Positions 1 to 9,502 of a stretch of DNA of 64,000 nt are shown here, piece by piece (within the stretch, counting starts at the first letter, position 1; each line of letters begins with the position of its first letter). The translations under genes and the position numbers were made by a program. Origin of the DNA: a virus; UHGV virus genome UHGV-2113617; one strand, given 5' to 3'. The notes below the pieces were generated by a model. It saw nothing but the letters and a program-made list of their open reading frames with translations. It did not search any database and was not told the origin of the DNA.

Positions 1-149
1 CGACTGATTTAATTAAAGAAGAAAAAATCGCTATCGCTCGTAATTTCTTAATCGAAGGTGAAGAACCTGATGACGAGGATGATGACGAGGATGATGACGA
101 AGACGACAAAAAAGACAAAGACTCTGACGAAGACGAGGATGATGAATAA
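1..149 (+). CDS. 67: 3' end of prohead core protein gene (gp67-like), partial at window edge
   Basis: Open frame entering from window start, stop TAA at 147-149; very acidic D/E-rich tail; lies directly upstream of 68/21/22/23 as in the T4 head cluster. Confidence 0.5.
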
Positions 150-574
150 TGCTTCTGATCCCTGAAACTCATGAATTAGTTCTCGAGAATGTCGAAGCAC
201 TTATTCCTGAAGCACAGGGTCGCTTTGACGAATTGTCTTCTGCTTTAAATAAAGACGATATAAATACAATTGTCGAGAATATGCTTGATGATGAAACTGA
301 TTTAGCGGTTGCATTAGCTTCTATTAATGAAAATATGCCGTTAAATGAATTCATTGTTAAGCACGTTTCAGCTCGTGGTGAAATTACACGTACTAAAGAC
401 CGCAAAACACGCGAACGTAATGCATTTCAAACCACTGGGCTATCTAAAGCAAAACGTAGACAAATTGCTCGCAAAGCTACCAAAACGAAGATTGCCAATC
501 CAGCAGGTCAATCTCGTGCTCAGCGTAAGCGTAAAAAAGCTCTTAAACGCCGTAAAGCATTAGGATTAAGCTAA
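149..574 (+). CDS. 68: prohead core protein gp68
   Basis: 141 aa ORF, same length and position as T4 gp68; start overlaps upstream stop (TAATG); basic C-terminus. Confidence 0.6.
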
Positions 575-1212
575 TGAATGAACCCCAATTACTAATTGAA
601 ACTTGGGGTCAACCTGGCGAAATTATTGATGGTGTGCCAATGCTTGAATCCCACGATGGAAAAGACTTAGGTTTAAAACCTGGTTTATACATCGAAGGAA
701 TATTCATGCAAGCAGAAGTCGTCAATAGAAATAAACGTCTTTATCCAAAACGCATATTAGAAAAAGCGGTAAAAGACTATATTAATGAGCAAGTTTTAAC
801 TAAACAAGCTCTCGGAGAATTAAATCATCCTCCACGCGCTAATGTTGACCCGATGCAAGCCGCTATCATTATAGAAGATATGTGGTGGAAAGGAAATGAC
901 GTATACGGACGAGCTCGTGTTATTGAAGGTGACCATGGTCCTGGAGATAAATTAGCAGCTAATATTCGTGCCGGATGGATTCCAGGAGTTTCTTCTCGTG
1001 GATTAGGTTCATTGACTGACACAAATAAAGGTTATCGTATCGTAAACGAAGGATTCAAATTAACTGTAGGTGTTGATGCAGTATGGGGTCCAAGTGCTCC
1101 AGATGCATGGGTAACTCCTAAGGAAATTACCGAATCACAGACGGCGGAAGCCGATACAAGTGCCGATGACGCCTATATGGCTCTCGCAGAGGCCATGAAA
1201 AAAGCGTTATAA
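574..1212 (+). CDS. 21: prohead core scaffold protease gp21
   Basis: 212 aa, same as T4 gp21; sits between 68 and 22; start overlaps upstream stop. Confidence 0.85.
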   Translation: MNEPQLLIETWGQPGEIIDGVPMLESHDGKDLGLKPGLYIEGIFMQAEVVNRNKRLYPKRILEKAVKDYINEQVLTKQALGELNHPPRANVDPMQAAIIIEDMWWKGNDVYGRARVIEGDHGPGDKLAANIRAGWIPGVSSRGLGSLTDTNKGYRIVNEGFKLTVGVDAVWGPSAPDAWVTPKEITESQTAEADTSADDAYMALAEAMKKAL

Positions 1213-1242
1213 ATATTATTATCTAAACAACAGGACTACAAA

Positions 1243-2052
1243 ATGCTTAAAGAACAACTGATTGCTGAAGCGCAAAAAATTGATGCTTCCGTTGCTCTTG
1301 ATAGTATTTTCGAATCAGTTAATATTTCTCCGGAAGCAAAAGAAACTTTCGGCACTGTATTCGAAGCTACCGTCAAGCAGCACGCCGTTAAATTAGCTGA
1401 ATCTCATATCGCTAAAATTGCTGAAAAAGCAGAAGAAGAAGTAGAAAAAAATAAAGAAGAAGCCGAAGAAAAAGCTGAGAAGAAAATCGCTGAGCAAGCT
1501 TCTAAATTCATCGACCATCTTGCGAAAGAATGGCTCGCTGAAAATAAATTAGCAGTTGATAAAGGCATCAAAGCCGAACTGTTTGAATCCATGCTTGGTG
1601 GATTAAAAGAGCTCTTTGTTGAACACAACGTTGTTGTTCCAGAAGAATCAGTTGATGTTGTGGCTGAAATGGAAGAAGAGCTGCAAGAACATAAAGAAGA
1701 ATCAGCTCGTCTGTTCGAAGAACTCAATATGCGCGACGCATATATCAATTATGTGCAGCGTGAAGTGGCATTGAGCGAAAGTACTAAAGATCTGACTGAG
1801 TCTCAAAAAGAAAAAGTCTCTGCTCTGGTCGAAGGTATGGATTATTCAGATGAATTCTCAAATAAATTGAGTGCCATCGTAGAAATGGTGAAGAAGTCTA
1901 ATAAAGATGAAAGCACTATTACTGAGAGTATAAATACTCCTGATACTGAAGCAGCCGGACTGAATTTCGTCACTGAAGCTGTAGAAGATAAAGCTGCACC
2001 TGGTGCAGAAGATATTGTAAGTGTATATGCGAAAGTCGCATCTCGTTTCTAA
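1243..2052 (+). CDS. 22: prohead scaffolding core protein gp22
   Basis: 269 aa, E/K-rich coiled-coil-like composition, same length and position as T4 gp22. Confidence 0.85.
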   Translation: MLKEQLIAEAQKIDASVALDSIFESVNISPEAKETFGTVFEATVKQHAVKLAESHIAKIAEKAEEEVEKNKEEAEEKAEKKIAEQASKFIDHLAKEWLAENKLAVDKGIKAELFESMLGGLKELFVEHNVVVPEESVDVVAEMEEELQEHKEESARLFEELNMRDAYINYVQREVALSESTKDLTESQKEKVSALVEGMDYSDEFSNKLSAIVEMVKKSNKDESTITESINTPDTEAAGLNFVTEAVEDKAAPGAEDIVSVYAKVASRF

Positions 2053-2070
2053 TTTTAAAGGTTAACACAA

Positions 2071-3636
2071 ATGACTATCAAAACTAAAGCTGAACTTTTG
2101 AACAAATGGAAGCCATTACTGGAAGGTGAAGGTTTACCGGAAATTGCTAATAGCAAACAAGCGATTATCGCTAAAATCTTTGAAAACCAGGAAAAAGATT
2201 TCCAGACAGCTCCAGAGTACAAAGACGAAAAAATCGCTCAGGCATTTGGTTCTTTCTTAACAGAAGCTGAAATCGGTGGTGACCACGGTTACAACGCTAC
2301 TAACATCGCTGCAGGTCAGACTTCTGGCGCAGTAACTCAGATTGGCCCAGCTGTTATGGGTATGGTACGTCGTGCTATTCCTAACCTGATTGCTTTCGAT
2401 ATTTGCGGTGTTCAGCCGATGAACAGCCCGACTGGTCAGGTATTCGCACTGCGCGCAGTATATGGTAAAGACCCAATCGCTGCCGATGCTAAAGAAGCAT
2501 TCCACCCAATGTATGGTCCAGATGCAATGTTCTCTGGTCAGGGTGCTGCTAAGAAATTCACTGCTTTAACTGCTGGCGCTACTACTGTCAAAGGTGACAT
2601 CTATACTTACTTCTTCCAGGAAACTGGTACTGTATATCTGCAAGCTTCCGCTGTAGTAACAATTAGTTCAAGCGCCGATGACGCAGCTAAATTAGACGCC
2701 GAAGTTAAAAAACAAATGGAAGCTGGTGCACTGGTAGAAATCGCTGAAGGTATGGCTACTTCTATCGCTGAACTTCAGGAAGGTTTCAACGGTTCTACCG
2801 ATAACCCATGGAATGAAATGGGCTTCCGTATCGATAAACAAGTTATCGAAGCTAAATCTCGCCAGCTGAAAGCTGCTTACTCTATCGAATTAGCACAAGA
2901 CCTCCGCGCTGTTCACGGTATGGATGCTGATGCTGAACTGTCTGGTATTCTGGCTACCGAAATCATGTTGGAAATCAACCGCGAAGTTGTTGATTGGATT
3001 AACTACTCAGCTCAGGTTGGTAAATCTGGTATGACCCTGACTCCGGGTTCTAAAGCTGGTGTATTTGACTTCCAGGATCCGATTGATATTCGTGGTGCTC
3101 GCTGGGCGGGTGAATCCTTTAAAGCTCTGTTGTTCCAGATTGACAAAGAAGCAGTTGAAATTGCTCGTCAGACTGGTCGTGGTGAAGGTAACTTCATTAT
3201 CGCTTCCCGTAACGTAGTTAACGTTCTGGCTTCAGTTGATACTGGCATTTCTTATGCTGCACAGGGTCTGGCTACCGGCTTTAACACTGATACTACCAAG
3301 TCAGTATTTGCTGGTGTTCTGGGTGGTAAATACCGTGTATATATCGACCAGTATGCTAAACAGGATTATTTCACTGTAGGTTATAAAGGTCCGAACGAAA
3401 TGGATGCTGGTATTTACTATGCTCCATATGTAGCTCTGACTCCGCTGCGTGGTTCCGATCCGAAGAACTTCCAACCAGTAATGGGATTCAAAACTCGTTA
3501 CGGTATCGGTATCAACCCATTCGCAGAATCCGCTGCTCAGGCTCCGGCTTCTCGCATCCAGAGCGGTATGCCTTCTATTCTGAATAGCCTTGGTAAAAAC
3601 GCTTACTTTAGACGTGTATATGTTAAAGGTATCTAA
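2071..3636 (+). CDS. 23: major capsid protein gp23
   Basis: 521 aa, N-terminus MTIKTKAELLNKWKPLLEGEG matches my recollection of T4 gp23; head-gene context. Confidence 0.95.
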   Translation: MTIKTKAELLNKWKPLLEGEGLPEIANSKQAIIAKIFENQEKDFQTAPEYKDEKIAQAFGSFLTEAEIGGDHGYNATNIAAGQTSGAVTQIGPAVMGMVRRAIPNLIAFDICGVQPMNSPTGQVFALRAVYGKDPIAADAKEAFHPMYGPDAMFSGQGAAKKFTALTAGATTVKGDIYTYFFQETGTVYLQASAVVTISSSADDAAKLDAEVKKQMEAGALVEIAEGMATSIAELQEGFNGSTDNPWNEMGFRIDKQVIEAKSRQLKAAYSIELAQDLRAVHGMDADAELSGILATEIMLEINREVVDWINYSAQVGKSGMTLTPGSKAGVFDFQDPIDIRGARWAGESFKALLFQIDKEAVEIARQTGRGEGNFIIASRNVVNVLASVDTGISYAAQGLATGFNTDTTKSVFAGVLGGKYRVYIDQYAKQDYFTVGYKGPNEMDAGIYYAPYVALTPLRGSDPKNFQPVMGFKTRYGIGINPFAESAAQAPASRIQSGMPSILNSLGKNAYFRRVYVKGI

Positions 3637-3662
3637 TCTTTGACGATAGAAACGCAATTTTA

Positions 3663-3692
3663 GGGAACCTTCGGGTTCCCTTTTTCTATTTT
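3663..3692 (+). terminator. intrinsic terminator after gene 23
   Basis: GGGAACC-TTCG-GGTTCCC hairpin followed by TTTTTCTATTTT. Confidence 0.75.
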
Positions 3693-4387
3693 ATACGATA
3701 GCAATCAGGCATATCATCCGCATTTATCCAATTGCGAATAGTTTTAGGACTAACTTTAAAATGCTCCGCTGCGTAATCAGGATTATCAAATTTGACACCC
3801 TTTATACATATTGGAATAAATTTTTTAATACCGCTAAGTTTTTCAGAAATAGCTTTACGATGTGAAATCGATATAGGTTTATTTTTTCGTGGATGAACAT
3901 GTGTTTTATAATATTCATTGCGCCCTTTAACTCGCTTCGCGATAGTTTCATCAGATTGCTTAACGCCTGTTTTTGCCTTTGATATTTTTCGTTTAGCTTC
4001 CACAGTCATTCCTTCTTTTGTTCGTATTGATAACATATTACGATATGAAGGATCTTGCAAATGAACTATAACTGGATTTCCTCTACCACCAATAGCAGCA
4101 TTATAAGTATCAGTTCTCATAACGAATTCCTCATTGACTAGTAAAGCTTCCATTTTATACATCTCCTCAGATGAGGAGAAAGAATAAAGAATTTCTTTTT
4201 TAAAGTTATGAATACCATATTTTTTGATGGATTTTTTGATGTTTACGCCAGAACCCATATAACCATCGTTTTCGTCAAGAGTAGCATGAGCTCCGATGTA
4301 AATTTTTCCATTGATGATATTAGTAATTTGATATATTAAATATTTCATTTTAAACACCACTCCATTTGTATATGAATATAATATCAT
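3686..4387 (-). CDS. segD: GIY-YIG homing endonuclease (SegD-like) between genes 23 and 24
   Basis: 233 aa; N-terminal KYLIYQITNIINGKIYIGAH GIY-YIG motif; free-standing between 23 and 24 as T4 segD. Confidence 0.7.
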   Translation of the reverse strand: MILYSYTNGVVFKMKYLIYQITNIINGKIYIGAHATLDENDGYMGSGVNIKKSIKKYGIHNFKKEILYSFSSSEEMYKMEALLVNEEFVMRTDTYNAAIGGRGNPVIVHLQDPSYRNMLSIRTKEGMTVEAKRKISKAKTGVKQSDETIAKRVKGRNEYYKTHVHPRKNKPISISHRKAISEKLSGIKKFIPICIKGVKFDNPDYAAEHFKVSPKTIRNWINADDMPDCYRIK

Positions 4388-4412
4388 ATTACTTTGGTCT
4401 TGTAAATAACTT

Positions 4413-4420
4413 TATAAATA
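4413..4420 (+). promoter_or_regulatory. late promoter (TATAAATA) for gene 24
   Basis: Exact TATAAATA about 28 nt upstream of the gp24 ATG. Confidence 0.7.
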
Positions 4421-4447
4421 GTATTATATTTCAACAAGGAAAATACA

Positions 4448-5731
4448 ATGGCTAAAATCAACGAACTTCTGCGCGAATCAACCACAACGAATAGCAACTC
4501 AATCGGTCGCCCAAATCTCGTTGCTTTGACTCGCGCTACCACTAAATTAATATATTCTGACATTGTAGCAACGCAAAGAACTAATCAACCTGTTGCTGCT
4601 TTTTATGGTATCAAATACCTTAATCCAGATAACGAATTTACTTTTAAAACTGGTGCTACTTACGCTGGCGAAGCTGGGTATGTAGACCGAGAACAAATCA
4701 CAGAATTAACAGAAGAGTCTAAATTAACTCTCAATAAAGGCGATTTATTCAAATATAATAATATCGTTTATAAAGTATTAGAAGATACACCATTTGCTAC
4801 CATTGAAGAAAGCGATTTAGAATTAGCTCTTCAGATTGCAATTGTTCTTTTAAAGGTTCGTCTATTTTCTGACGCAGCGTCAACGAGCAAATTTGAAAGC
4901 TCTGATAGCGAAATTGCGGATGCTAGATTCCAGATTAATAAATGGCAAACCGCAGTTAAATCTCGTAAACTTAAAACTGGCATCACAGTTGAATTAGCAC
5001 AAGATTTAGAAGCAAATGGATTCGATGCTCCTAATTTCTTGGAAGATTTGCTTGCAACTGAAATGGCGGATGAAATCAATAAAGATATTCTACAGTCTTT
5101 GATTACAGTATCAAAACGCTATAAAGTTACAGGAATTACTGATACTGGATTCATTGATTTGAGTTATGCATCTGCACCTGAAGCTGGTCGTTCATTATAC
5201 CGAATGGTATGTGAAATGGTTTCACATATCCAAAAAGAATCAACTTATACAGCAACGTTCTGTGTTGCTTCAGCTCGTGCCGCTGCGATTCTTGCTGCAT
5301 CAGGTTGGTTAAAACATAAACCAGAAGATGATAAATATCTTTCACAAAATGCCTACGGATTCTTAGCTAATGGTTTACCGCTTTATTGCGATACTAACAG
5401 CCCATTAGATTATGTAATCGTTGGCGTGGTAGAAAATATTGGCGAAAAAGAAATTGTTGGATCAATTTTCTATGCTCCGTATACAGAAGGTCTTGACTTA
5501 GATGACCCTGAACATGTAGGTGCATTTAAAGTTGTAGTTGATCCAGAAAGTTTGCAGCCATCTATCGGTTTATTAGTTAGATATGCTTTATCTGCAAATC
5601 CTTATACTGTAGCAAAAGATGAAAAAGAAGCAAGAATAATTGATGGTGGAGACATGGATAAAATGGCGGGTCGTTCAGATTTGTCTGTTTTATTAGGTGT
5701 TAAGCTACCAAAAATTATCGTTGATGAATAA
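4448..5731 (+). CDS. 24: capsid vertex protein gp24
   Basis: 427 aa, same as T4 gp24; gp23-like fold expected; preceded by late promoter. Confidence 0.9.
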   Translation: MAKINELLRESTTTNSNSIGRPNLVALTRATTKLIYSDIVATQRTNQPVAAFYGIKYLNPDNEFTFKTGATYAGEAGYVDREQITELTEESKLTLNKGDLFKYNNIVYKVLEDTPFATIEESDLELALQIAIVLLKVRLFSDAASTSKFESSDSEIADARFQINKWQTAVKSRKLKTGITVELAQDLEANGFDAPNFLEDLLATEMADEINKDILQSLITVSKRYKVTGITDTGFIDLSYASAPEAGRSLYRMVCEMVSHIQKESTYTATFCVASARAAAILAASGWLKHKPEDDKYLSQNAYGFLANGLPLYCDTNSPLDYVIVGVVENIGEKEIVGSIFYAPYTEGLDLDDPEHVGAFKVVVDPESLQPSIGLLVRYALSANPYTVAKDEKEARIIDGGDMDKMAGRSDLSVLLGVKLPKIIVDE

Positions 5732-5737
5732 AACAAA

Positions 5738-5763
5738 GGGACCTTTCGGTCCCTTTTTATTTA
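5738..5763. terminator. bidirectional intrinsic terminator between gene 24 and rnlB
   Basis: GGGACC-TTTC-GGTCCC hairpin flanked by A-run upstream and T-run downstream, usable on either strand. Confidence 0.7.
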
Positions 5764-6765
5764 ACTTACCAATTCAATCCAAGCCGGACGAAGTACATCT
5801 TGTACCATTTTAACTAATTCCTTTTTAACCAAAGAAGGATTATCCGCTTGAGTTATAGTAATACCTTCACGAGAAGTTTCTTCCAAAATATCTTGAACAG
5901 TTAGTCCCATCACCTTTCCAAAATCTTTTGGACCAATTTCACCAATTTTAGAAATAACGTTATTTACTCGGTTCAGTGTAACGTAGCAAGCTAAAATTCC
6001 CACCAATTTGTTATCAGCTTCTGACAGTTCAACTTTAGCTTTAATAGGCTTATCAGACTTTTTCTTTTCACTAAATTTAGAATTCTTGCATTTAATCGCT
6101 ACGCGATTGCCATTAGGCATCCAAGAAGGATAACAAGGTTTCAATACATAACCTTCAGCGGTAAATACTTCGCCTTTTGCTTCGGCATTCCAAACACATT
6201 TATTTGCATCAACTAATCCAGCATGGTCTACTGTAAAATTATAATCTTGAACGACAGAATCTAAATCATTTGGCAATTTAATAAGCTCTTCAAATTTACC
6301 GCGACCTAAAAGTGGAGCCATTTTAAATTTAAATGTATTACAGAATGATTCCATCATATAATCATCGACATAAGTCACATCACCGCTTTCGGTAGTAACA
6401 ATAATGTCAAATACATAAAAATCTTTATCACCATAATCGACATTCTTCTGAATGCCAGGTCCAGCGAATTCACCGAAGACTTGATAAGATACAACTGCCG
6501 AAGTTTCCATAATATCTTGTACTGCTTTAATGGAATCAGCATAATTCTTTAAAATAATTTCATACCCAAAGAAATCTTCAACAGGAAGAATAGGACCAGT
6601 ACGTTTAGCACAAGTTGCTTTATCGCGTTCAATAATCAGTGAGAAATTTGTGCCATGAATCTTTTCACGAGCTACCCATTCGCCGCCAGTCAATCCTAAA
6701 CTGTAAAGTTTTTCAATGAATTTAGAATTGTAATGATTTTCAAGACTGCTATACTTTTTAAACAT
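5761..6765 (-). CDS. rnlB: RNA ligase 2 (Rnl2)
   Basis: 334 aa, same as T4 Rnl2; nucleotidyltransferase lysine motif KIHGTNF near N-terminus. Confidence 0.85.
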   Translation of the reverse strand: MFKKYSSLENHYNSKFIEKLYSLGLTGGEWVAREKIHGTNFSLIIERDKATCAKRTGPILPVEDFFGYEIILKNYADSIKAVQDIMETSAVVSYQVFGEFAGPGIQKNVDYGDKDFYVFDIIVTTESGDVTYVDDYMMESFCNTFKFKMAPLLGRGKFEELIKLPNDLDSVVQDYNFTVDHAGLVDANKCVWNAEAKGEVFTAEGYVLKPCYPSWMPNGNRVAIKCKNSKFSEKKKSDKPIKAKVELSEADNKLVGILACYVTLNRVNNVISKIGEIGPKDFGKVMGLTVQDILEETSREGITITQADNPSLVKKELVKMVQDVLRPAWIELVS

Positions 6766-6774
6766 AATTAATCC

Positions 6775-7053
6775 TCAAAATGTAATTTCTAACCAATCAC
6801 CATCACGCTGATCACTATTGACTTTAAAGCTAAATCCTTCTTTTCTCAGCCAATCACCAATTTCTTCAGTAATCAATTTATCACGAGCAGTACAATAATA
6901 ACTAAAATATGTTTTACCTTGTTCAGCTGCTTTATTAGCAAGTTCCGAAAAATCTTTAATAAAACACTCTAGTTTAAACTGTTTACTTTTAAGTGCTTTT
7001 TCGCGTAATTGATTAGCAAAAGATTCATTTTCATAAAGATCATACTGTTCCAT
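6775..7053 (-). CDS. hypothetical protein (T4 24.2-like position)
   Basis: 92 aa ORF tightly packed between rnlB and the next gene. Confidence 0.5.
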   Translation of the reverse strand: MEQYDLYENESFANQLREKALKSKQFKLECFIKDFSELANKAAEQGKTYFSYYCTARDKLITEEIGDWLRKEGFSFKVNSDQRDGDWLEITF

Positions 7054-7255
7054 TTTTCACCTTCTTATTAATATGTCTTTTTCTATAGACAACTTTTTCT
7101 CGAGTCTCAAATTTATTCTTAGCAGTCATAGCTCGAGCCCATAATACAGCCACTTCCTTTGCCTGTAAGTTCAATTCACGAGCAATTTCAATGAATGACT
7201 TTCCAGACTCATGGAGTGTAAACACCACAACCTCAGTTCTCATAATCAATCTCAT
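7040..7255 (-). CDS. hypothetical small protein, possible helix-turn-helix
   Basis: 71 aa ORF; segment SGKSFIEIARELNLQAKEV resembles an HTH. Confidence 0.45.
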   Translation of the reverse strand: MRLIMRTEVVVFTLHESGKSFIEIARELNLQAKEVAVLWARAMTAKNKFETREKVVYRKRHINKKVKNGTV

Positions 7256-7323
7256 GTTATCGAGTTGATGCCATTATATACATCGTTTTCTGATTGTGTT
7301 TTGTGTGCTTTCAAAATGAAGAA

Positions 7324-7339
7324 AGGGGCCGAAGCCCCT
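7324..7339 (-). terminator. GC hairpin downstream of hoc
   Basis: AGGGGC-TTCG-GCCCCT hairpin immediately after hoc stop, followed by TTCTTCATTTTG on the minus strand. Confidence 0.45.
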
Positions 7340-7343
7340 GAGA

Positions 7344-8762
7344 TTATGGATAGGTATAGATGATACCAGTTTCTAAAGCAGTTTTATGAATGATGTATCC
7401 ATTACGCGATTCTTGAACATCAACTTCTGGATAGTCTTTCATCATCTTCTGAAGAGTGTAACGATGCAGGTAGTATTTACTGTCTGGATCTTCAGTTTTC
7501 CAATCTTTACCTTCTTCAGTCATTTTTTGGATTTCATCCATAACCCACCAACCGCACCAGATATAAGCTGAGCTACGATGTGGAAGAGGATGAACATAAG
7601 GTAATTCACCTTCTGGTTCCGGAGCAACTTTATCAGTCACTTGAACTTGACCTGTGGCTTTAACTGTTTTACTATCATAGTCAGTTGCTGTAACGACAGC
7701 AGTAACTTCAATAGTTTGACTTCCAATAGATGAGGTATCAACAGTATATACGTTAGTTGACCCTTCTACAGGAGAAGAATCTTTCTTCCATGAGTAAGTA
7801 ATTTGTGCTGCTTCAGGTGCGCCAGTAACATTAGCAGTAAATGTAGCCGAAGCATCTTGCTGAACATTAATAGAAGGAGGAGTCAATGTAACCTGTGGAT
7901 TCATTGTCTTCTTATTAACCGTTAATGATACTTCATTAGAAGTAACTGTTTTTGCGTCGTAATCCGTTGCTGTTACTTGGGCTATACATTTAATTTTTTT
8001 AACTCCAGCCACAGTTGGAGTATAGTTAAATGTAGAGTTAGTTTCTCCACCAACTTGTGAATCATCTACATACCACTGATACGTAGCAGACGCTCCATCA
8101 GGTTGAGAAGCTAATGCAGCAGTAAATTGAACCGGGGTTCCAATTACTCCAGCAGCAGGACTAGCAGGAGTTACTGCCAAGGTAGTTGTCTGCGTCTTTT
8201 TATTAACAGTCAGTGACACTTCATTAGAAGTAACTTCCTTTGTATCATAATCTGCCGCGGTTACTTGAGCTACACACTTAATTGTTTTAACTCCGCTTGT
8301 AGTAGGAGTATAATTGAATGTAGCAGAAGTTGCTTCGCTCACAGGAGAACCGTCAACGTACCATTGATACGTAGCAGATGCGCCCGATGGCTGTGAAGCT
8401 AAGGCAGCAGTAAATTCAACAGCTGTTCCGATTACTCCTTCTGGAGGACTATTAGGAGTTACAGCTAAGGTAGTTGTCTGTGTCTTATTTTGAACTGTGA
8501 TAGTTGTACTAATTTCAGCTGTTTCAGCATCAGTATCTGGAACTGGGTTTGTTGCAACTACTTTAATAGTTTTTAAACCGGCAGGTCCTTTTAGTACATA
8601 ACTAAAAGTTGCAGATGTTTCTTCCTGTGGAACATCATCTACAGTCCAAGCATATGTAATAGGTCCATCTCCAGTTTGACCACTGGGTGTAGCAGTAAAC
8701 TGCTGAGTCTGATCTATAACTCCAGTAGGTGTTTTAGGAGTTATATCAACTGTAAAAGCCAT
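7344..8762 (-). CDS. hoc: highly immunogenic outer capsid protein Hoc, extended form with an extra Ig-like domain
   Basis: 472 aa against 376 aa recalled for T4 Hoc; conserved C-terminal capsid-binding region (PEPEGELPYVHPLPHRSSAYIWCGWW); internal near-identical 96 aa tandem repeat. Confidence 0.85.
   Translation of the reverse strand: MAFTVDITPKTPTGVIDQTQQFTATPSGQTGDGPITYAWTVDDVPQEETSATFSYVLKGPAGLKTIKVVATNPVPDTDAETAEISTTITVQNKTQTTTLAVTPNSPPEGVIGTAVEFTAALASQPSGASATYQWYVDGSPVSEATSATFNYTPTTSGVKTIKCVAQVTAADYDTKEVTSNEVSLTVNKKTQTTTLAVTPASPAAGVIGTPVQFTAALASQPDGASATYQWYVDDSQVGGETNSTFNYTPTVAGVKKIKCIAQVTATDYDAKTVTSNEVSLTVNKKTMNPQVTLTPPSINVQQDASATFTANVTGAPEAAQITYSWKKDSSPVEGSTNVYTVDTSSIGSQTIEVTAVVTATDYDSKTVKATGQVQVTDKVAPEPEGELPYVHPLPHRSSAYIWCGWWVMDEIQKMTEEGKDWKTEDPDSKYYLHRYTLQKMMKDYPEVDVQESRNGYIIHKTALETGIIYTYP
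7911..8486 (-). repeat. tandem direct repeat of about 288 bp x2 inside hoc, encoding duplicated Ig-like domain
   Basis: Protein residues about 93-187 and 189-284 are near-identical (KTQTTTLAVTP...SNEVSLTVNK); DNA copies visibly similar. Confidence 0.8.
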
Positions 8763-8771
8763 AAGTTATCC

Positions 8772-9452
8772 TTATTTTAATGTTACGAAAGAAGAATTGC
8801 GTGTTTCACGAATTAGAACTGATCCGTCACGATTAATGTAGTAAATTAAGCTAAATAAAGTTTGATGCGCCGACGCGTGTTCAAAACTAGTTGGGTGAGA
8901 TTTCCAATCCGGAGTTTCAGCAATCCACTGGTAAATCCACCAAGGAACCGTGCAAAATCCTGGATTTTTTCCAATCAGCTGAAGATTCGGACTAAAGTTT
9001 TCCGGAAGAGTAAATACAGACGGCTTTTCAGATTCAATAATCTCAGCTACAGCCTGTTCGAATTTTTCTTCAACAAAAGGAGTATCTTCAATCAAAACAT
9101 TGGTATTTTCAGGAATTTTATCCGTTTCTACTACTTCAATTTTAATGTCAGATTTAACCGGAGAATCAATCAGAAGTGCTGCTTCTGGATTGACTTCTTC
9201 ATCGTCATATTTTAACCCTTCTGCGGCATCAGCAGCATCAATTAAGTCTTTAATAGATAACCCATCAGTCTCTGGCATAGGTTCACTAGCGAGCTTCTGG
9301 AGGGCTTCTTCAATATCAATAACGATATTATCAAAAGATTTATTCTTTTTGACCTTTATACCAATCTGTTCAGCATATTCAGCTAATTTAGCTTTAGCTT
9401 CTTTATTATCATCAAGAGCCTTCAGCTCTGCAATATAATCTTTATCTATCAT
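8772..9452 (-). CDS. inh: inhibitor of prohead protease (Inh)
   Basis: 226 aa, same length and position (between hoc and uvsW) as T4 inh. Confidence 0.65.
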   Translation of the reverse strand: MIDKDYIAELKALDDNKEAKAKLAEYAEQIGIKVKKNKSFDNIVIDIEEALQKLASEPMPETDGLSIKDLIDAADAAEGLKYDDEEVNPEAALLIDSPVKSDIKIEVVETDKIPENTNVLIEDTPFVEEKFEQAVAEIIESEKPSVFTLPENFSPNLQLIGKNPGFCTVPWWIYQWIAETPDWKSHPTSFEHASAHQTLFSLIYYINRDGSVLIRETRNSSFVTLK

Positions 9453-9465
9453 AATATTTCCTCAG

Positions 9466-9473
9466 TATAAATA
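9466..9473 (+). promoter_or_regulatory. late promoter (TATAAATA) upstream of uvsW
   Basis: Exact TATAAATA about 30 nt upstream of the uvsW ATG. Confidence 0.65.
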
Positions 9474-9502
9474 TAGATATATTTATTACATGGTATTTAG
9501 AC

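Noticed and set aside
8862-9438. Plus-strand ORFs (117 aa and 112 aa) overlapping inh
   Set aside because: Antisense to a well-supported gene with the expected length; low-complexity translations; no start context.
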